NCBI GenBank assembly: GCA_043228905.1
Contig: JBHGNT010000015.1
Span: 3,224,001 to 3,288,000 of the forward strand
Direction: 5' to 3'
Length of the DNA: 64,000 nucleotides
Source of the DNA: Azolla caroliniana
Lineage: Eukaryota; Plantae; Polypodiophyta
Of the stretch, positions 61,801 through 64,000 are shown in pieces; position 1 is the stretch's first letter, and each line of letters starts with the position of its first letter. Both the position numbers and the translations under genes were made by a program. The notes under the pieces are model-generated. The model made no database searches, had not been told where the DNA came from, and saw only the letters and a list, made by a program, of their open reading frames with translations.

Positions 61801-63564
61801 AAGAACTGAGCCCAACATTTGCATCACAAAAGAATAGATAGTGGCAGTTTCCTTCAATTTTTCCTTTAAAATGTATTCTGCACGGACTCCTTTTAGCCCC
61901 CTTCAAATTTCTGGACTTGAGAATGGGGTGTCAGAATCTTATAGGAATTTGTAGTTTTTTCAGATTTCCCCATCATTCTTCCCTTGCCTGAATTTCTCTC
62001 CTTCCGAACTTCTGTATTCTTGTACTTTTCTTTAGGAATGGAAAAAACTGAAATAAGCTTTTCCTCGAGACCACCTTTCCATTTTCAATGTCTAAACAGA
62101 GTTGGAAACCTGAATAATCTATACCCTATATTGTGAGGTCATAGTGCTCAAGACGTCAAGAGGACTTCTTGTGCTGGAATAAAATATGTACAACTTAAAC
62201 ATCAATCTTTTACCTACTGTAATAAAATGATTCAATGTTTCCTAAATAGAGTGAAGGAAAGAACCATATGCTACGGACTAAGGAGTTCACCTGGAAATCA
62301 AGCTGAGCTTGTGATATTTGCTCCAACAATCGACCGCGCTCCATCCTTAATCCTTTGACTTTATTCAGCTCTGCCAATACTTTTAGCTTCTCCTCTCTTA
62401 CATCACGCAAGCGATTAGAGGCTGTATTGAAGTCATCCTTGAGATGAATTTGTTCAGCTGTTAACCTCTCAAGCGTTTTGCTGAAGTTATCCCTATGTAA
62501 AGACAACCCCAAATAAATAAGGATAAAAGAAAATGGGTTAGCTTGCCAATTGCAAAGGACAAAATTAAATCATTTATTCAAGGTCCTGCAACTACTGCTT
62601 CTCAATGTGCAAATGAGTGACCTTCGATAATCTTCATCATATAGCCATAAATGAGAGATGAATGCATTCCTAATAACCTATGATAGTAAATTAGCCTACA
62701 AAGATGCATCAGCATGGAGGCCTCATATCAGGCCTTATAAAACAGACAAAATTGCCTCCAATTACTGAGAGATATCACATTTCCTGAAAGCTAGAAAAAT
62801 GAAAGAGCATCCTTACCTTATATCACTAGATTTTACTATTTCTGACTGGATTTCATCAATTGAGCGCAACCCTTGTGCAGAAATATTGAGCTTGTACTCT
62901 AACTCTAAAATTTGTGACTTAATAGATTTAGCTTCTTGGCTTAATTTATCAGCTGCATCTACCACCTGGTATAATTTTTCAATTTGCTCCTTCTCCATTT
63001 TTGCATGTACAGTGAGATCACTAAGCTGTAACCAGGAAATTTTTAATTGTCAAACTATAATCTGAAACCCGTCCCAGAATCTAGAACCAAATATATAAAT
63101 AATCTCATAAAATTAGTTATAAACAGCACAGTAGTTATACATCATTTAGAGCTTGACTCTTGCTTTCAAGCTCCTGTTCTAGCTCCATAGTCATCTTTTC
63201 GGTGGCAGGAACAGTTTTCAAAACTAGTTTTACATAATCCTCGTATACGGGCCGCAGCTTCTCTAGCTGTTGTACTTTTGCTTCTGCCTGGGTATAATGT
63301 GAAGCAAGTTCACGGAGATGGTCTGCTGTACTGGAGCTTTTTACTCTTTGCTGTAAAAAGAAAAATCTAATTATGAACTCGATGTTTCAGGAATTAGGTG
63401 TATCCCAACTAAAATTGAACGCTATAAATACTCAACACCTTTCTGACAAAATCATCTTCCTCTTGTGGTGTGAAGGGACGCTCACAGCAAGGACAAACGT
63501 GATTTGCTCTAGCCACTTTCTCAAACGGTTCAAACATTCGCCGCATGCCATCTGCCATATCATG
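52818..63564 (-). CDS. RAD50: DNA repair protein RAD50, C-terminal half (zinc hook to stop codon); gene starts beyond the right edge
   Basis: GT-AG exons in phase: 63564-63439 (HVCPCCER zinc hook), 63350-63141, 63025-62817, 62492-62291, 61166-60997, 60616-60292, 54338-54213, 53879-53827, 53749-53599 ([17 protein letters not shown]), 53454-53392 ([10 protein letters not shown] signature), 53309-53176 ([11 protein letters not shown] Walker B/D-loop), 53080-52952 ([12 protein letters not shown]-loop), 52857-52818 (QEIFD*). Confidence 0.97.
54440..55060 (-). mobile_element. Two adjacent LINE family A 3' fragments in the large RAD50 intron
   Basis: GAAAGATATATTAACATCTTTTA termini at ~54447 and ~54659; the second continues into AGATCTCTAGCA...AATGGAGAGATCTCC. 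Confidence 0.82.
55271..55865 (+). mobile_element. Solo LTR, family X copy 1 (595 bp); strand label is relative only
   Basis: TGTTAGA...TCTAACA termini; 5-bp TSD TATGT (55266-55270, 55866-55870); homologous to the reverse complement of 58759-59391. Confidence 0.92.
55990..56240 (-). mobile_element. LINE family A internal fragment, interrupted by the small LTR element
   Basis: Colinear with 34470-34710 (GATGGGGCTAAAGAAAGTTGTGA...CCCTCTTATTTCATAAAA). Confidence 0.75.
56241..57784 (+). mobile_element. Non-autonomous Ty3/Gypsy-derived mini LTR element (TRIM/LARD-like, 1544 bp)
   Basis: LTRs at 56241-56470 and 57589-57784 (TGTG...CACA); 4-bp TSD ATAG; PBS TGGTGGAGATGC at 56474 (complement of the tRNA-Ala 3' end); PPT AGGGGGGAAA; integrase remnants [14 protein letters not shown] and [12 protein letters not shown]. 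Confidence 0.9.
56811..57222. repeat. Tandem array of about four 106-108-bp units inside the mini LTR element
   Basis: CGATCCCCCTC anchors at 56817, 56925, 57031 and 57137. Confidence 0.93.
58090..58520 (-). mobile_element. LINE family A 5'-truncated copy
   Basis: Near-identical to 33325-33590 and to the reverse complements of 23730-23960 and 24060-24200. Confidence 0.88.
58759..59391 (-). mobile_element. Solo LTR, family X copy 2 (633 bp), inverted relative to copy 1
   Basis: T(A)TTAGA...TCTAACA termini with one terminal G>A change; 5-bp TSD GAACG (58754-58758, 59392-59396). Confidence 0.92.
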
Positions 63565-64000
63565 CTGACTGCCAAGCATTTACAATTCAGATAAATAAAC
63601 CATGGATAACAGCATCCCTACTATATTTTTTTTATCATCAATATAAATGCTTTGTTTTCCCTTTTAGAATATATTCAACCTCTGATTAAGAATCAATTAA
63701 CCAAAGCTGCAAACTACTCCTGAACAAAAATTAAATCATCAACTGCTAAAAAGGTCCACCAAAAACTGTTAAAACAGTTCAAAACAGGCTTTTTGATCAT
63801 ATGCAAATATTAAGAGCAGCCTGCAATCAAACAAACAAGAATTTGTACAAAGAACTTTTGAAGAAATTGCAAGTTACGCAACGTAAGCCCATTACAATTT
63901 AGCATCTAATTTTTTAACTGTTCCACACTAATTACAGGATTACATATGAGTTCCATCTATGAAGCACTATCCACATTTCCAACGCTGTGATTCATGATTC

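Overview
Intron-rich land-plant nuclear DNA. A non-seed plant such as a fern is plausible from the repeat content, but that is inference only. Four host genes were reconstructed exon by exon, with reading phase checked by hand: (1) a divergent, probably plastid-targeted phosphoglycerate-kinase-like gene (- strand, runs off the left edge); (2) a 26-exon kinesin-4/FRA1-type gene (+) whose intron 6 appears to need a non-canonical GA-AG donor; (3) an intronless PB1-domain gene (+); (4) the 3' half of RAD50 (- strand, runs off the right edge). Mobile DNA includes an intact, very young Ty1/Copia (Tnt1/Tork-like) element with TSD, PBS and PPT; a 1.5-kb non-autonomous Ty3/Gypsy derivative with a tRNA-Ala PBS and an internal ~107-bp tandem array; three solo LTRs with TSDs, two of them an inverted pair in one RAD50 intron; and about 15 truncated pieces of one APE-RT-CCHC LINE family with a (TTTC)n tail, almost all in introns. 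There is also a ~250-nt near-perfect foldback that is a candidate MIRNA/hpRNA. I see no clearly new multi-gene system. The best leads are the GA-AG intron, the hairpin, the PGK pseudo-enzyme, the small Gypsy derivative and the intron-biased LINE.
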